Positions 1 to 13,164 of a stretch of 64,000 nucleotides of DNA are shown in pieces. The DNA comes from Octopus vulgaris (Eukaryota): assembly GCA_951406725.2 (NCBI GenBank), contig OX597840.1, positions 29,760,001 to 29,824,000 of the forward strand. Direction: 5' to 3'. The notes under the pieces were generated by a model. It worked only from the letters and a program-made list of their open reading frames with translations. It had not been told where the DNA came from and made no database searches. The translations under genes and the position numbers were made by a program. The first letter of the stretch is position 1. Each line of letters begins with the position of its first letter.

Positions 1-383
1 CCTCGGTGGTTGTCGCAGGACTGCCGATCTCCTTTCCGCTTATAAATGTGGACGATTGTTGCGTCCCGGAAATCTTGAGGGAGTTGTTCCCTGTCCCACA
101 TCGACTGGAACAGGCTGGTGAGCTGACTGATCATGGCGGGGCCGCCCGACTTGAACACCTCTGCAGGGATGGCGTCAGAGCCTGGAGCTTTGCCGGTGGA
201 CATTTTTTTGATGGCTCTGCTCACTTCCTCGACTGCAGGGGGAACAGCCAACTCGTGGTTTGTCGGCACCTGGGGGAGTCGTGCGATGGCTTCCTCGTTG
301 ATCTGGGCTGGTCGATTGAGCACGATGTTGAAATGCTCCGCCCATCTCTCCAGGATCAGCCTCTTGTTAGTCAGGAGTGAGGT
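1..383 (-). mobile_element. RTE-clade LINE ORF2 fragment (pre-RT to RT domain 1), runs off the window edge
   Basis: Minus-strand translation ...ILERWAEHFNIVLNR...EEVSRAIKKMSTGKAPGSDAIPAEVFK...LPQDFRDATIVHIYKRKGDRQSCDNHRG; KAPGxD and KxKGD..C.N.RG are non-LTR RT motifs. Confidence 0.88.
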
Positions 384-387
384 TGGA

Positions 388-606
388 TATATATATATAT
401 GTTTGTGTATCTGTATTTGTCCCCTCAACATTGCTTGACAACCGATGGTGGTGTGTTTACGTCCCCGTAACTTAGTGGTTTGGCAAAAGAGACTGATAGA
501 ATAAGTACTAGGCTTACAAAGAATAAGTCCCGGGGTCGATTTGCTCGACTAAAAGGCGGTGCTCCAGCATGGCCACAGTCAAATGACTGAAACAAGTAAA
601 GGAATA
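388..606 (+). mobile_element. SINE family A (CORE-like), 3' half
   Basis: Matches the 3' half of the full copies at 9414 and 12684; ends GACTGAAACAAGTAAA. Confidence 0.85.
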
Positions 607-2660
607 AGGTGAGCTATAGCGAAATCCGAACCTGGGAGCATAACGTCCATAATTTGTTGGAAAATGCCAGGTACTACCGTTATACCAAAGGGGAGTCGAT
701 TAAATTTATAAAACCCTTTATGGGTATTTATTGTCAATAGTTTTGAACATTGCTCATCAACTTTTACCTGCAAATATGCTTTAAATAGATCCAATTTTGA
801 AAAAAATTTCCTCCATTCAACTTCGCGAAAAATTCTTCCTGACTTGGTAACAGGTAATTATGTGGCATCAAACATTCCTTTGATCCCTTTGAAAAATCAG
901 TGCATACGCGAATTTTATTATTTTGTTTTTCTTGAAAAACTCTTGGGGACGCCCAATTTGTGAAATCAATGTTTTCAATAACGCCAAGCTTTTCAAGTCT
1001 ATCCAATTCTTCGTTGACTTGTTTCAACGCTGCGAAAGGTGCTATTTTTTTTTGGTTTAAATTCCGGTATAGCATTTTCTTTCACTTGAAACTTCATCTC
1101 TGTTTTTGTACAAAGACTCAATTCCTCATAAAAAAACGTCAGGAAAAAATTATTTTAATTCTTTTTTAAAACTCCCCGATACCTTGTTTGTACAGGTGGA
1201 AGAACCACTTGCATTCTTACAAAAAATATTTATAGGTAGGTCCCAAAAGTTAAATAGTTCCATCCAGTCTGTTCCAAATAAATTTGTATTTTTCAACACA
1301 AAAAATTTGGCTTTCAAAGTTTTCCCACAAAATGTAACATCACTTATCATTTCGCCCATAAAATGCAGTTTATCCTGAAACACCTCTCACAATTTTCGAT
1401 GTTTCCTTTAATCTAGGTTTCCCTTTTATTCTCCATGTACCTGTATTAATTATCGGGATATCACTGCCCGCATCCAATTGTAACTTGATATTCACGTTAT
1501 TCATTTTTACGGACACAATTTTTCTTTTCTAAGCCTTGCTTAGAATTTTCTTTAACTATACATTCTTTCTAACTTTTTTTTTGCTTGACCCTTTTGCTTT
1601 GTTTCGCTATACAATGGGAACTTTTAAGTCCGATTTTTCCACAATCAAAACGTTTACGAATTTTAAAACACAATTACTTTTAAAATGTAAACCTCAGCAA
1701 CAATAGCATGAATTTGGCCTAGACGTTCGTTTTATTTTTTCTTATCTATTTCAGGATGACACGCATATGTCTGAAAACAATCTTTTTCTTCAGTTTTATC
1801 CGCGACATACCTTAAATTTACAATCCTCCGGTATTCTTCAGTCACTGCCTGTAGAGTTAAATTTTGGTCCTGTTCTAATTTTGGTAATATGCGGGAACGA
1901 ATATTCACATCTTTTCTTGCTGTTAACCCTTGAATAAAAATTATACATTTGAACAAATCCGGGGTTAATTCATTTAATTTGAATTTTTCACACTCTCTGG
2001 CAACGACCCCAGCATAGGTGGTGGAATCTTCATTTTTTTTTTTTTTTTACTAAATTTAAACATTTCCAACGAGAATTGAACACGGAAATTCTTTCACTGA
2101 AAATTCTCGATAACAAATTAAATGTTTCATCGAAATAAATCTCACCTAGTTTCATCGAAATAAATCTCACCTAGTTTCATCGGCAGAATGTAATTACAGT
2201 ATTTTTCGTGTTCGGCAGGGGTTAACTTTCTTAAAAGTAGTCGCACCTTCTTCTCGTCATTCCAATTGTTACATTCTTCTTTGAAGATTTCGTATCTACG
2301 AAAGTATGACAAAAAAAGTAGTACCTTCTTCTAGGTTATAAAGAAATTCTCTAATTGAATTTGCTATTCTATCTGACGAGAATGAACCCTGAAGTATTTT
2401 CAGACTTCTTAAACATTACTTCCAGTAACTGTTGGTATTGTTGATGTAATTACTGTTGTTATTGCAACACACAAGCCAACAAGTCTTTCATGTTAAATAA
2501 TTATTTTCTTTAGTTTTGTTCTGAAAAAAATTTAAACGTTTTACGCAAGCTTCGAATATCTCGTTGCCACTTTTATATCCTGCCACAGGTTGGTAGAGAC
2601 AAATTATGTAGCGGAGGTTTAATCAATGTGTTCACACGACGTATTTCGCAAGACTACCTC
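607..2660 (-). mobile_element. Decayed Ty3/Gypsy LTR retrotransposon (gag, protease, partial RT) with PBS
   Basis: gag-like FKCIIFIQGLTA..IRSRIL; degenerate CCHC near 1630-1715; protease LQLDAGSDI near 1455-1490; RT WASP, IRVCTDF, DLFKAYLQV, TINTHKGFYKFNRLPFG; TGGCAACGAG PBS-like motif near 2561-2570; many stops and frameshifts. Confidence 0.88.
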
Positions 2661-2664
2661 TCAA

Positions 2665-3025
2665 ATTAAGGGTAGAGGAACATTGCAAAGCGGTGACACG
2701 GGGAGATATTGATAAATCGGGTATAGCTGATCATGTATGGAAAAATGGAGACCACCTGCCCCCGTGGAATGAAGTTGAAATACTAGACAGAGAACACCAC
2801 TGGAAAATACGAAAACTAAAAGAAGCAGCACATATGCTAGGACACAACAACCCCCTAAGCAGAATGAGTGCGGATATGAGTAGCATAAGGGAACTGGTAT
2901 CAAGAAAGGATAGAATATTAGATTTATAAGCCCTAAAATTCATTCCATAATTGCCCACAGGCATAAGGCGTAGTGGTTAAGAGCGGGCTACTAATCCCAA
3001 GATTCCGAGTTCCATTCCAGGCAGC
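2665..3025 (+). mobile_element. Penelope-like element 3' end (GIY-YIG C-terminus plus tRNA-like box)
   Basis: KSGIADHVW...WNEVEILDREHHWKIRKLKEAAHM resembles the PLE GIY-YIG C-terminus; second copy at 28490-28955. Confidence 0.8.
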
Positions 3026-3026
3026 T

Positions 3027-3660
3027 GATAGAATCGTTAGTACACCAGGCAAAATGCTTAGCAGAATTTCGTCAGCTGCTACATTTTGGGTTCAAATTCA
3101 GCAGAGGTCGACTTTGCTTTTCATCCTTTCAGGGTTGATAAATTAAGTACCAGTTACGCACTGGAGTCGATCTAATCGACTAGTCCCCACCCCCAAAATT
3201 TAAGGCCTTGTGTCTATAGTTGAAAGGACTATTCTGATGAGCTAGCAGAATCATTTGCCCACTGGACATAATTCTTTGCTGCAGAATTTCATCTCTCTGT
3301 GTTCTGAGTTCAAATTGTGTTGAGGTTGACTTTGTTTTTCATACTTTTGGTATTGATAAAAGAAGTACCAGGAATGCACTGGAATTGCTGGTTTTGTGCC
3401 AAAGCTTGAAATTATTATTATCATTTTTGTTATTAAGATGATGAACCAGTAGAATCATTAGCAATGTCAGGCAAAATGATTTGTGGCATTTCGCCTGTCT
3501 TTACGTTCTGAGTTCACATTCTGCAAAGGTCGACTTTGCCTTTCATATTTTTGGGGTCGATAAATTATGTACCAGTTAAGCACTGGGGTTGATGTAATTG
3601 ACTCAAAATTACATTTTTCCTTCCCTCAAAATTTCATTCCTTGCACCTTTAGTAGAAAGG

Positions 3661-3692
<32 letters not shown>

Positions 3693-3858
3693 TACTAAAA
3701 AAGACAACAAGCTGGTAGAATCATTAGCATGCCAGATGAAATACTTAGTGGCATTTTGTCCGTTGCTCTGTTCTGAGTTCAAATTCCACCGAGGTAGACT
3801 TTGCCCTTCATCCGTTTGGGGTCGCTGAAATAAGTACTAGTTATGCACTGGGGTCAAT
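3027..3858 (+). mobile_element. Four consecutive SINE family B (Meta/MESC-like) copies separated by (ATT)n
   Basis: Repeated GTTCTGAGTTCAAATTC (B box) plus GGTCGACTTTGCCTTTCATCCTTTCGGGGTCGATAAATTAAGTACC, resembling the Meta domain. Confidence 0.8.
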
Positions 3859-4812
3859 GATGATGACGACAGTGAAATGAGGATGATGACGACGACGGTG
3901 ATCATGACAAAGGTGATAATTTTAGTAATGAGGATGATGATGATAGTGATGCTGCTACTACTATTGTCCATGATGATGATGGTGACAATGATGATGAGGA
4001 TGATGATGTGGGCAATGATGATGAGGATGATGATGTGGGCAATGACAATTATGACAATAACGATGGTGATGACAGTGAGGGTTATGATGATGACAATGAG
4101 ATGACTATGGTGATGATGGCAGTGACCATAATGATTATGATGATGACAATGACGACGATGATGATGATGATATTGCTACTGATGAGCATGATGATGATGA
4201 TGACAATGAGATGATGACAGTGACCATAATGATGATGATGATGACAATCTGATGATGATGATGACGATGATGACGATGATGATGATAATGATGATATTGC
4301 TACTGCTGAGCATGATGATGATGGTGACAATGAGATGATGACTATGATGATGATGGCAGTGACCTTAATGATGATGACTATGATGATGATGATGACGATG
4401 ACAATGATGATATTGCTACTGCTGAGTATGATGATGATGATGATGATGACAATGATGATTGTGATAATGATAAAGAAGGTGGTGATGTGGGCAATAACAA
4501 CGAAAACAAGGACGACGACAATTATGATGATAATGAAGATGATGATGATGATGACAGTAATCCTGATAATGATGATGACGGCAACAATGATGATGACAAA
4601 CGATGACAGTGACAACAATGATAACAATGATGATGATGAGGATTATGATAATGACCCAGACCATGATGACTATGATGGTGATGATGATGAAGCCCATGAT
4701 GATGATAGCGATCATGATTATGATGACAACGACGTCGATGATGATGATGATGATGCTCTTGATGATGATAATGATGCCAACGAGGCTGACAAAAACCATG
4801 GTGATAATGAAG
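3858..4812. repeat. Imperfect (GAT)n microsatellite with higher-order subrepeats
   Basis: About 950 bp of GAT/GAC/AAT; ATATTGCTACTGCTGAG recurs three times. Confidence 0.95.
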
Positions 4813-5316
4813 AAGTTTTCAAATTTAAAGAACTTCCAATTACCATGAAGAGACATATTCTACGTTCCCAAATGAAACTGTTTCCTAAAGATAAGGAAAC
4901 ATAAATATTTCAGATCACGCTGAGCAAACAACATCGCTCAGGAAATTGAATGGCACTAAACCTATTTGCTATCTGAAGAATTTTAATTTTTCCCATCTAA
5001 AGAAAAGCTTAGCTTCAGAAAGAAGAACTCGCATCTCTCTCTCTCTCTCTCCATGGGATACAAAATTATTGAAACTTTAGAGCCATCAGCTGCAGCAGAA
5101 GATGTGTATGTGTCAATGTATGATCATCATTTAATGCTGGAATCAGTTGCATGGCTTGGCAGGAGTTATTAAGGTGTAGAGCTGCAACAGGGCTCAGTTG
5201 TTGGTTTCGGTATGGTTTCTATGAGCAGATATTCTTCCTAATGCCAGTCCCTTTCCAGACTGTACCAGGTGCTTTTTACATGGCACCATCACCAGTGCTT
5301 TATATATTTATATATA

Positions 5317-6134
5317 TGAGCAAAACGTCCCCCGTCCAATGGACGGTGCTGAGTTGTCAAACATTTAAACCAAATTTTCTCAAAATAACTTGTCCGGCCG
5401 TCCCACAGGCCTCCCCTTTGAGAAACACTGATTTAACCTAAATTTGAGACACCAGCAAAAGAAGAAATAAAGATAGACTTTTTTTTCTATTCTAAAGAAA
5501 AACGATTTTATTCACACAAATATGCAACCGAAGAGTTTAAAGTACCAGTAATGATAAGGCTGTTGACTGGGAGAACACAAACATGGTTTAAACAGTAAGC
5601 TTGGCAGGAAAGAAACGTGCCTTTAAGCAGTACAAAAACAACCAAAAATGGAAGCTGCAGTTATGTACAGGTTGACGGAAGAAAAGCAGGACAAAAACGA
5701 TGCATGCAAATGGGTTAGCTGGAGGTAAATCTAGATGGAAAAGCATGATGAATTTATGAGAACGTACCTGGGATAATAATAAGTTTATCCGATAAAACAT
5801 GTAAGAAATCAACTTGGGGCGATTTTTGATGAAAAGCAACAACCCAGGGAACTAAGTAACTAATTTTAAGCTAACTTACTTTACGGGATGTTCAAGGGCA
5901 TGGAAAAGCTAGTGGCAACAGCTGATGTACTTGCGCGTACAAATGCACGTTCTCACGGCTTTATCGATTGCATTCTCACCTGGAAATGATTTTTGTAATT
6001 TTTTCAAAACTTATACATGCCCCGATACCATCGGTATCTACATATCAAATTTGAGCGCAAAATCGGATGGAGGATGCCCGAGAACCTAGAAGACACACAC
6101 AGACAGACAGACAGAACGGATTTTATATAATAGA
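5317..6134 (-). mobile_element. Non-autonomous Helitron-like element
   Basis: Minus-strand 5' TCTATTATATAAAA; subterminal hairpin CCGTCC-AAT-GGACGG near the 3' end; related partial copy at 55799-56030. Confidence 0.62.
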
Positions 6135-6280
6135 TATTTCGTTTTAGTATTGCAAGATTCTTTATGTGAATTTGTGTATTGAACCATATTTTATTGTGTC
6201 TGGAGAGGGTCATTCTCTTTTAATGCCTTATTACTTAACACACTCACTGATTCGATTTCCACTCATTTACTTTTTAATTT

Positions 6281-6969
6281 TTTGTCACTAGACTTAACTA
6301 GGGCGTTAGAAACACCTACATTGCTAGAAATAAGAGCTAAAGTCCTCTAATACTATAGTCAGAGCTCATAATTGCATACACGTACACTCACAGGAGGTAT
6401 AATTGCCTGAATAAGAAGGAATTGTCGATCGGTGTTTTCGGCTAATAGTAGTCCCCAGTGGTTTATATGTATATAATTATGCATGGAGGTGCAATGACCC
6501 AGTGGCTAGGGCAGCAGATTCGCGGTCGTAGGATCGCGGTTTCGATTCCCAGACCGGGCGTTGTGAGTGTTTATTGAGCGAAAACACCTAAAAGCTCCAC
6601 GAGGCTCCAGCAGGGGATGGTGGTAATCCCTGCTGTACTCTTTCACCACAACTTTCTCTCACTCTTACTTCCTGTTTCTGTTGTACCTATATTTCAAAGG
6701 GCCGACCTTGTCACGCTGAATATCCCCGAGAACTACGTTAAGGGTGCACGTGTCTGTGGAGTGCTCAGCCACTTACACGTTAATTTCACGAGCAGGCTGT
6801 TCCGTTGATTGGATCAACCGAAACCCTTGTTGTCGTAACCGACGGAGTGCTTCCTTAAAAAAAGGAAAAAATATATATAATTATGCATTTTAACTACAGC
6901 ATGAGAGCTTTTTAGCTCTTATTTTTAGCAACGTAGGTGTTCAAACACACTAGTCATATTTAGTGACAA
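6281..6969. mobile_element. Old MITE with ~95-bp diverged terminal inverted repeats, split by a SINE
   Basis: TTGTCACTA...CACCTACATTGCTAGAAATAAGAGCTAAA at 6281 is the reverse complement of 6890-6969. Confidence 0.65.
6485..6870 (+). mobile_element. SINE family C, full length with 15-bp target-site duplication
   Basis: tRNA-like head (TGACCCAGTGG A box; GTTTCGATTCC B box), A-rich tail, TSD TATATAATTATGCAT at 6470-6484 and 6874-6888. Confidence 0.85.
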
Positions 6970-7249
6970 TTATAGTTTTCCTTTTGGTTACACAATGCAG
7001 ACTACTGTCACTATTAATTTACTCACACACACACACACACACACACATATATTAATGTTTGTGTTGATGGTGTTGTAGTGCACTAGTTTAACATTGAACT
7101 GAAGGGTTACACAGTACATTTGGTAGAATATAAGTTTATTTCCCTTTAACGAGAATAGTAGTGATAGTGACTTCTAAGTATTGACCAACTAATCCTTCAT
7201 CAGACTGTCCGGTGGTGGCTTAAAGTTATTCTTATTGCTATCCTTATTT

Positions 7250-7660
7250 CTGTACTGCCCACAAGGGGTTACACACACAGGGGACAAACAAGGACAGACA
7301 AACGGATTAAGTCGATTATATCGACCCTAGTGTGTAACTGGTACTTATTTAATCGAACCTGAAAGGATGATAGGCAAAGTCGACATCGGCGGGATTTGAA
7401 CTCAGAACGTAACAGCAGACGAAATACCTATTTCTTTACTACCCACAAGGGGCTAAACACAGAGGGGACAAACAAGGACAGACAAACGGATTAAGTCGAT
7501 TATATAGACCCCAGTGCATAACTGGTACTTAATTTATCGACCCCGAAAGGATGAAAGGCAAAGTTAACCTCGGTGGAATTTGAACTCAGAACGTAGCGGC
7601 TGACGAAATACCACAAAGCATTTCGCATGACATGCTAACGATTCTGCCAGCATGCCACCT
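7250..7660 (-). mobile_element. SINE family B dimer
   Basis: Two tandem Meta-like units joined at GAAATAG/GTATTTCGTC. Confidence 0.85.
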
Positions 7661-7707
7661 TTTATTCTTATTACTATTCTGTTAAAGAAATATATATATA
7701 TATATAT

Positions 7708-8018
7708 GGTAAAGACTCCCTTTGGTCATGAATGACCATGGAATTTCACCTAGAAAGTTCGCCTCCAATGTACAAGTCCAGGCAAAGCTGTTTGTGAAAG
7801 ACTAGAAGTCATTCCAGCCTCCCCTCCGAAAGCTTATGATGTTATCCAAGGGAAAGGCATAAACTGATACAGCTTATGACATCACAACTCATTTCTACAG
7901 CTGAGTGAACTGGAGCAATGTGAAATAAAATGTCTTGCTCAAGAGCGCAACACACACCTTGTCCAGGAATCGAACTCACTATCTCATGATTGTCAACCCG
8001 ATGCTCTAACCACTGAAC
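7708..8018 (-). mobile_element. SINE family D (tRNA head plus CORE/V-like domain)
   Basis: Minus strand TAGTTCAGTGGTTAGAGCA, GAGTTCGATTCC, CTTGAGCAAGACATTTTATTTCACATTGCTCCAGTTCACTCAGCTG. Confidence 0.7.
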
Positions 8019-8396
8019 TATATATACATATGCACACACACCACACACACACATATACAGAGGGAGAGAGAGAAAACGACCGCCAGCCACTAAAGCTTTT
8101 TGTATTCTCCCTCTGTTTATTTTCTCATGTTCCTTTCTGTTGAAGAGCAAAGGCTCAAAACATAAAAGACTTTCTCATCTTCCTGTGCATCAAACTAATA
8201 CACCTGCTTGTTGTTTATGCACCTGCCTTCATCTTTTGTTTTTTAGTAAATTCCAACTATCTTTCTTTATCCCCGTCTGTCTTGAAAGACAATGGGTTGC
8301 GCCAAGGGTGGGGCCTACTTTGATGATGTGCAGTGTCTGCTGTGACTGAACAGTCCAATTCTAGAGTGGCAGTCCTTGGTACAGTTGCTGCACACG

Positions 8397-8430
<34 letters not shown>

Positions 8431-9413
8431 CAACTATATATATATATATATATATGTATTGCCAATATACATCTATATCAATGTATCTATCTATTTATCC
8501 CTTTTTCTTTCTGTACACACACATACGCACTCAAACACATGCACAGGCGTATATATACATATATCTACTTAGGAATATATGTAAATCTATATACATATTT
8601 ATATTTTAAAATGTATATGCAAAAATGAGTGGAAATTGTATTGGTGAGCATGTTAAATATATTAAGGCTATATTAATCTCCCTAGGCACAACAAAATATC
8701 AATATATCTTTTATATTTATTAGTATACAGACAGACAGACACATATATAAAGAGAGAGAGAGAGAGAGAGAGATGGACAGACAGACAGATAAATAGATAG
8801 ATGTATGTACCTATTTTTGAATACTTTTATTATGAGAAATATTACTCGTAGTATTTTACCCATCAAAAATCTAAAAAAGATCAAATATTTCGATTATTCT
8901 CTTTAATCTATCCATAAATCTATACTTGTATGTACGTACACACACTCACACAGAAACATACATACACATATACACATTTACACATGCATCATACACACAA
9001 ATACATACGTGCTCATACATACGAATGCATGTATTTACAAAACCACGCGTCCACATACACATATTCACACATAAACTTCAACCTGAGCAGATTTCATCAC
9101 TACACACACACACATGCATGCATACATGCATGCACATGCATACATGCATGCACAAGTATACATGCATGCACATGCATACACGCACGCACATGCATACACG
9201 CACACACACACGTGCACCTAAATACACAGGTTAACACCTCGCTCTTCCAACACATTTATAATCATTTCTTGTCGTTGTCACCCTATAAATTCGAATCAAG
9301 TAATGCATTCGTCTATTAAATATTGTGTGAAAAATATGTTAAATGTTATTTTAATTTTAATTCACATGCAGAAAACCTTTTTTTACATGATGTAATTGAT
9401 TTGCTCATCAATA

Positions 9414-9578
9414 GGCGCAGGAGTGGCTGTGTGGTAAGTAGCTTGCTTACCAACCACATGGTTCCGGGTTCAGTCCCACTGCGTGGCACCTTGGGCAAGT
9501 GTCTTCTACTATTGCCTCGGGCCGACCAAAGCCTTGTGAGTGGATTTGGTAGACGGAAACTGAAAGAAGCCCGTCGTA

Positions 9579-9619
<41 letters not shown>

Positions 9620-9820
9620 CTGTGTTTGTCCCCCTAGCATTGCTCGACAACCGATGCTGGTGTTTTTATGTCCCCGTTACTTAGCGGTTTGGCATAAGAG
9701 ACCGATAGAATAAGTACCAGGCTTACAAAGAATAAGTCCCAGGTTCGAGTTGCTCGATTAAAGGTGGTGCTCCAGCATGGCTGCAGTCAAATGACTGAAA
9801 CAAGTAAAAGAGTAAAGAGT
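9414..9820 (+). mobile_element. SINE family A (tRNA-derived CORE-like), full length
   Basis: GGAGTGGCTGTGTGGTAAG A box, GGGTTCAGTCCC B box, CACCTTGGGCAAGTGTCTT CORE-like segment, internal (TA)n(TG)n, (GTAAAAGA)n tail. Confidence 0.9.
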
Positions 9821-9899
9821 AATAACAAACATATCTGAAACAGGTGTAGAGAACCTCAGCCCATTTGTGTTATCATATATATATATATATATATATATA

Positions 9900-10110
9900 G
9901 TTAATCCGAACAACAAAGCACAAAGAGAAAACACAACAAAGCGAGGACGTGGAACAAATATAGTATTATTGGACGCTCAGGAAAGAAAGAAAGAAGGAGG
10001 GTTTAACGTTTTGAGCAGAGCTCTTCGTCGAAAACATAGGAGAAGGAAAGATCCAGAGAAGGGAAGACAGAGGAAAAAAATTGCCAACGGTACACACGCG
10101 GTCACATTCT
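9900..10110 (-). mobile_element. Short Penelope-derived repeat with degenerate hammerhead core
   Basis: Same family as 38416-38535; minus strand TCGACGAAGAGCTCTGCTCAAAACGTT. Confidence 0.55.
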
Positions 10111-10593
10111 CATTGATATATATATATATATATATATATATAAGTTCAGTAAAAACTTAGATTCAGTTGAATATGGTACTTAAGTTAAAGGCACCAGAAT
10201 TTGGTATGGTACTGAACCCGAATGGTTTCTACTTCAAAGGGATCTTGATTTATGGCTCTGCCACTTAAACTGTCTTTTTCTTTATCCATAAAAGATAGAT
10301 TCTTATTTCCATTAGACTTTATAAACTAGTCTATAAATTTAACCCCCACCAAGTAGTAAATCTAAATAACAAAGTTAAATCAATGATAAGCAGTGTCTTC
10401 CTGTGAAAAAATATCAGTTACAAGTATGATATTGTTGATGAAACTTGTTCGTTGTCTACCTACTTACCCTCTTTGAGATTTTGGTGAATGGAACAACTAT
10501 AAAAAAGAATCTTTTGAATTTAACTAAATTCTATATTTTTATGCAGCTGAAGATTGCTCTACATTTTAAAACTGATGTAATATTTGCACTGTT

Positions 10594-11010
10594 CAAGGGC
10601 TTCCTCCTCAGAGTGAAACGCAGATTGTATGATGCCTGTGTGTGAACAGCCATGCTACACAGTAGTGGAACACAGGCTGTGACCAACAAGGACATGCGTA
10701 GGCTTGAAAGAAATGAAGCTAGTATGCTTTGCTGGATGTGTAGTGTCAGTGTGAATGTATGACAGAGTGTAAATGTCTTAAAAGAAAAGTTGGGCATAAG
10801 AGGCATCAGATGTGGTGTGCAAGAGAGATGACTTTTTCTTATTCTAGCAGCTACACTATCAGAGTATCTGCCTCTGCTACTGACTTGGCCACTTAAGGTA
10901 ATGGAAGCTATCACCTAGTTCTACTTATTTTCCCTAGTATTTTCCCTGTTAATATTCTTCTGATATTGCTGCATCTCTTACGTGTCCATAGCTTGTGCTG
11001 GGTCCATCTT
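10594..11010. mobile_element. Degraded RTE ORF2 fragment with internal inversion
   Basis: Plus 10594-10832 KGFLLRVKRRLYDACV...RCGVQER and minus 10833-11010 ...KLWTRKRCSNI...VAARIRK both match the 42456-44030 protein. Confidence 0.8.
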
Positions 11011-11599
11011 ATGGATTATATATACAATTATAAATTATTTAACGGGAAAGTTTACGAAAATAAACAAAAGACGAAGGCAGGTGGAGCACAAACAAACAAA
11101 TGTATTAGTATGGCGCTCAGGAATAGAAATAGAAAAAGTCTTTTACATTTCGAGCCTATGCTCTTCGACAGAAAGATACACAGAAAAAAACAAGGAGAGA
11201 AACAAGGAGAGAAAAAAAGGAGAGAAAAAATGCGTGTAGGAGCAAACGATCATTAGGTGGTTATTCACAATTTAGAACCAATAGGTAACAAGTACAGTTG
11301 TCACCAAAGCGACAAAGGATGCTAGTAAGCACAAACATTGCTAGAAATAAGAGTCAAAACAAATCTTAGCCATGTGAAGAATATATAAATATATTCTTCC
11401 TTATACTATATTAGTGTAGAAAAAATTGACAAAAATCAATGAAATACATGCACACACATATACATACACACAAACACAAAACATACAAACAAATAAATTC
11501 TAGAGGAACCAAAATTATTTTAGCAAGTTGAGTGGAACAGTTTCTCAGGATTTTTTTTTAAGTAGTGAGAGAAATGTGTGCGTGTCTTGTCGAAAACAC

Positions 11600-12045
11600 G
11601 ATGATGATGATGATGAAAGAAATAGTAATAATAATAATAGCAATAAATTGAATAATATTGATAATAATAGTGATAGTAATTTTAATAATAATAATAATAA
11701 TAATAATAATAGTAATAATAAATAATAGTAATATCAATGATAATAATAATAATGATAATAATAATAATAAATAGTAATATCAATGATAATAATAATAATA
11801 ATAATAATAAATAATAGTAATTTCAATGATAATAATAATAATAATAATAATAAATAATAGTAATAATAATAATAATAATAATAAATAATAGTAATAATAA
11901 TAATAATAATAGTAATAATAAATAATAGTAATAATAATAATAATAGTAATAATAATAATAATAATAATAGTAATAATAATAATAAATAATAGTAATATCA
12001 ATGATAATAATAATAATAATAATAAATAATAGTAATAATAATAGT
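11600..12045. repeat. (AAT)n microsatellite
   Basis: Direct inspection. Confidence 0.95.
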
Positions 12046-12354
12046 AAGTAATGAAAATGAAAACGGAGAGAGGGGGAGAGAGAAAAGGAAATGAGGAAAG
12101 AAGAAATGGTAAGATCAAAATTCTGAGATCAGAAGTGGAGATTTATGTTACATGAACGGCCACATTTCACCACTTAATTTATTGAATATTTAACGATAAA
12201 TCAGTAAAAAAAAAAAAAAAAAAAAAAAATATTAATTTTTTTTTTTTTAATTCTTAATATTTTGAGGTGGGGGAAAAAAATTCTTTTCAACTTGAATACA
12301 TCATATACAAATAGTTTCTGATTGAAATATGATGGAAGTTTAATTGACTTTCAA

Positions 12355-12390
<36 letters not shown>

Positions 12391-12683
12391 GCTGTTTGGT
12401 TCAAAATTTTTTCCAAGAAATATTTGAATACCTATGTTTTTAAAAGTGCAAGTAACGCATAGACTGAGACACACACACAAACATATAAATAAACACATAC
12501 AGATAAAGGGTTAGTGACACAAGTCTATATGTGTACAAAGCATAAATACGTTTTGGGTTTCATGGTTTCAAGTTATGAAAATATCCCAAACACAAATTGA
12601 AATACGATAGCAATTTAAGGGACTTTTAAATTATTATTATCATCATTATTATTATTAATTATTATCAAATTATTATTATTATA

Positions 12684-12846
12684 GGCGTAGGAGTGGTTGT
12701 GTGGTAAGTATCTTGCTTACGAACCACATTGCTCCGGGTTCAGTCCCACTGCGTGGCACCTTGGGTAAGTGTCTTCTACTATAGCCTTAGGCCGACCAAA
12801 GCCTTGTGAGTGGATTTGGTAGACGGAAATAGAAAGAAGCCCATCC

Positions 12847-12877
<31 letters not shown>

Positions 12878-13087
12878 TTGCGTGTCTGTGTTTGTCCCCC
12901 CAACATCGCTTGACAACTGATGTTGGTGTGTTTACGTCCCCGTAACTTAGTGGTTCGGCAAAAAAGAGACCGCTAAAATAAGTACTAGGCTTACAAAGAA
13001 TAAGTCCTGGGGTCGATTTGATCGACTAAAGGTGGTGCTCCAGCATGGCCACAGTCACATGACTGAAACAAGTAAAAGAGTAAGAGT
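12684..13087 (+). mobile_element. SINE family A, full length
   Basis: Same structure as the 9414 copy. Confidence 0.9.
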
Positions 13088-13164
13088 ATTGTTATCATTA
13101 TTATTATAATTATTATCATTATTATTATTGGCCTTGTGACAAAATTTGAAACCCTTATTATCAT

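Noticed and set aside
2961-3025. Functional tRNA gene (also the SINE heads)
   Set aside because: No intact acceptor stem or full cloverleaf; embedded in repeats
3877-4904. Met/Asp/Ile/His-rich ORFs
   Set aside because: Translation of a (GAT)n microsatellite; no splice or domain evidence
10594-11010. Second twin-priming event
   Set aside because: Pieces meet tail to tail, not head to head; more likely a later internal inversion
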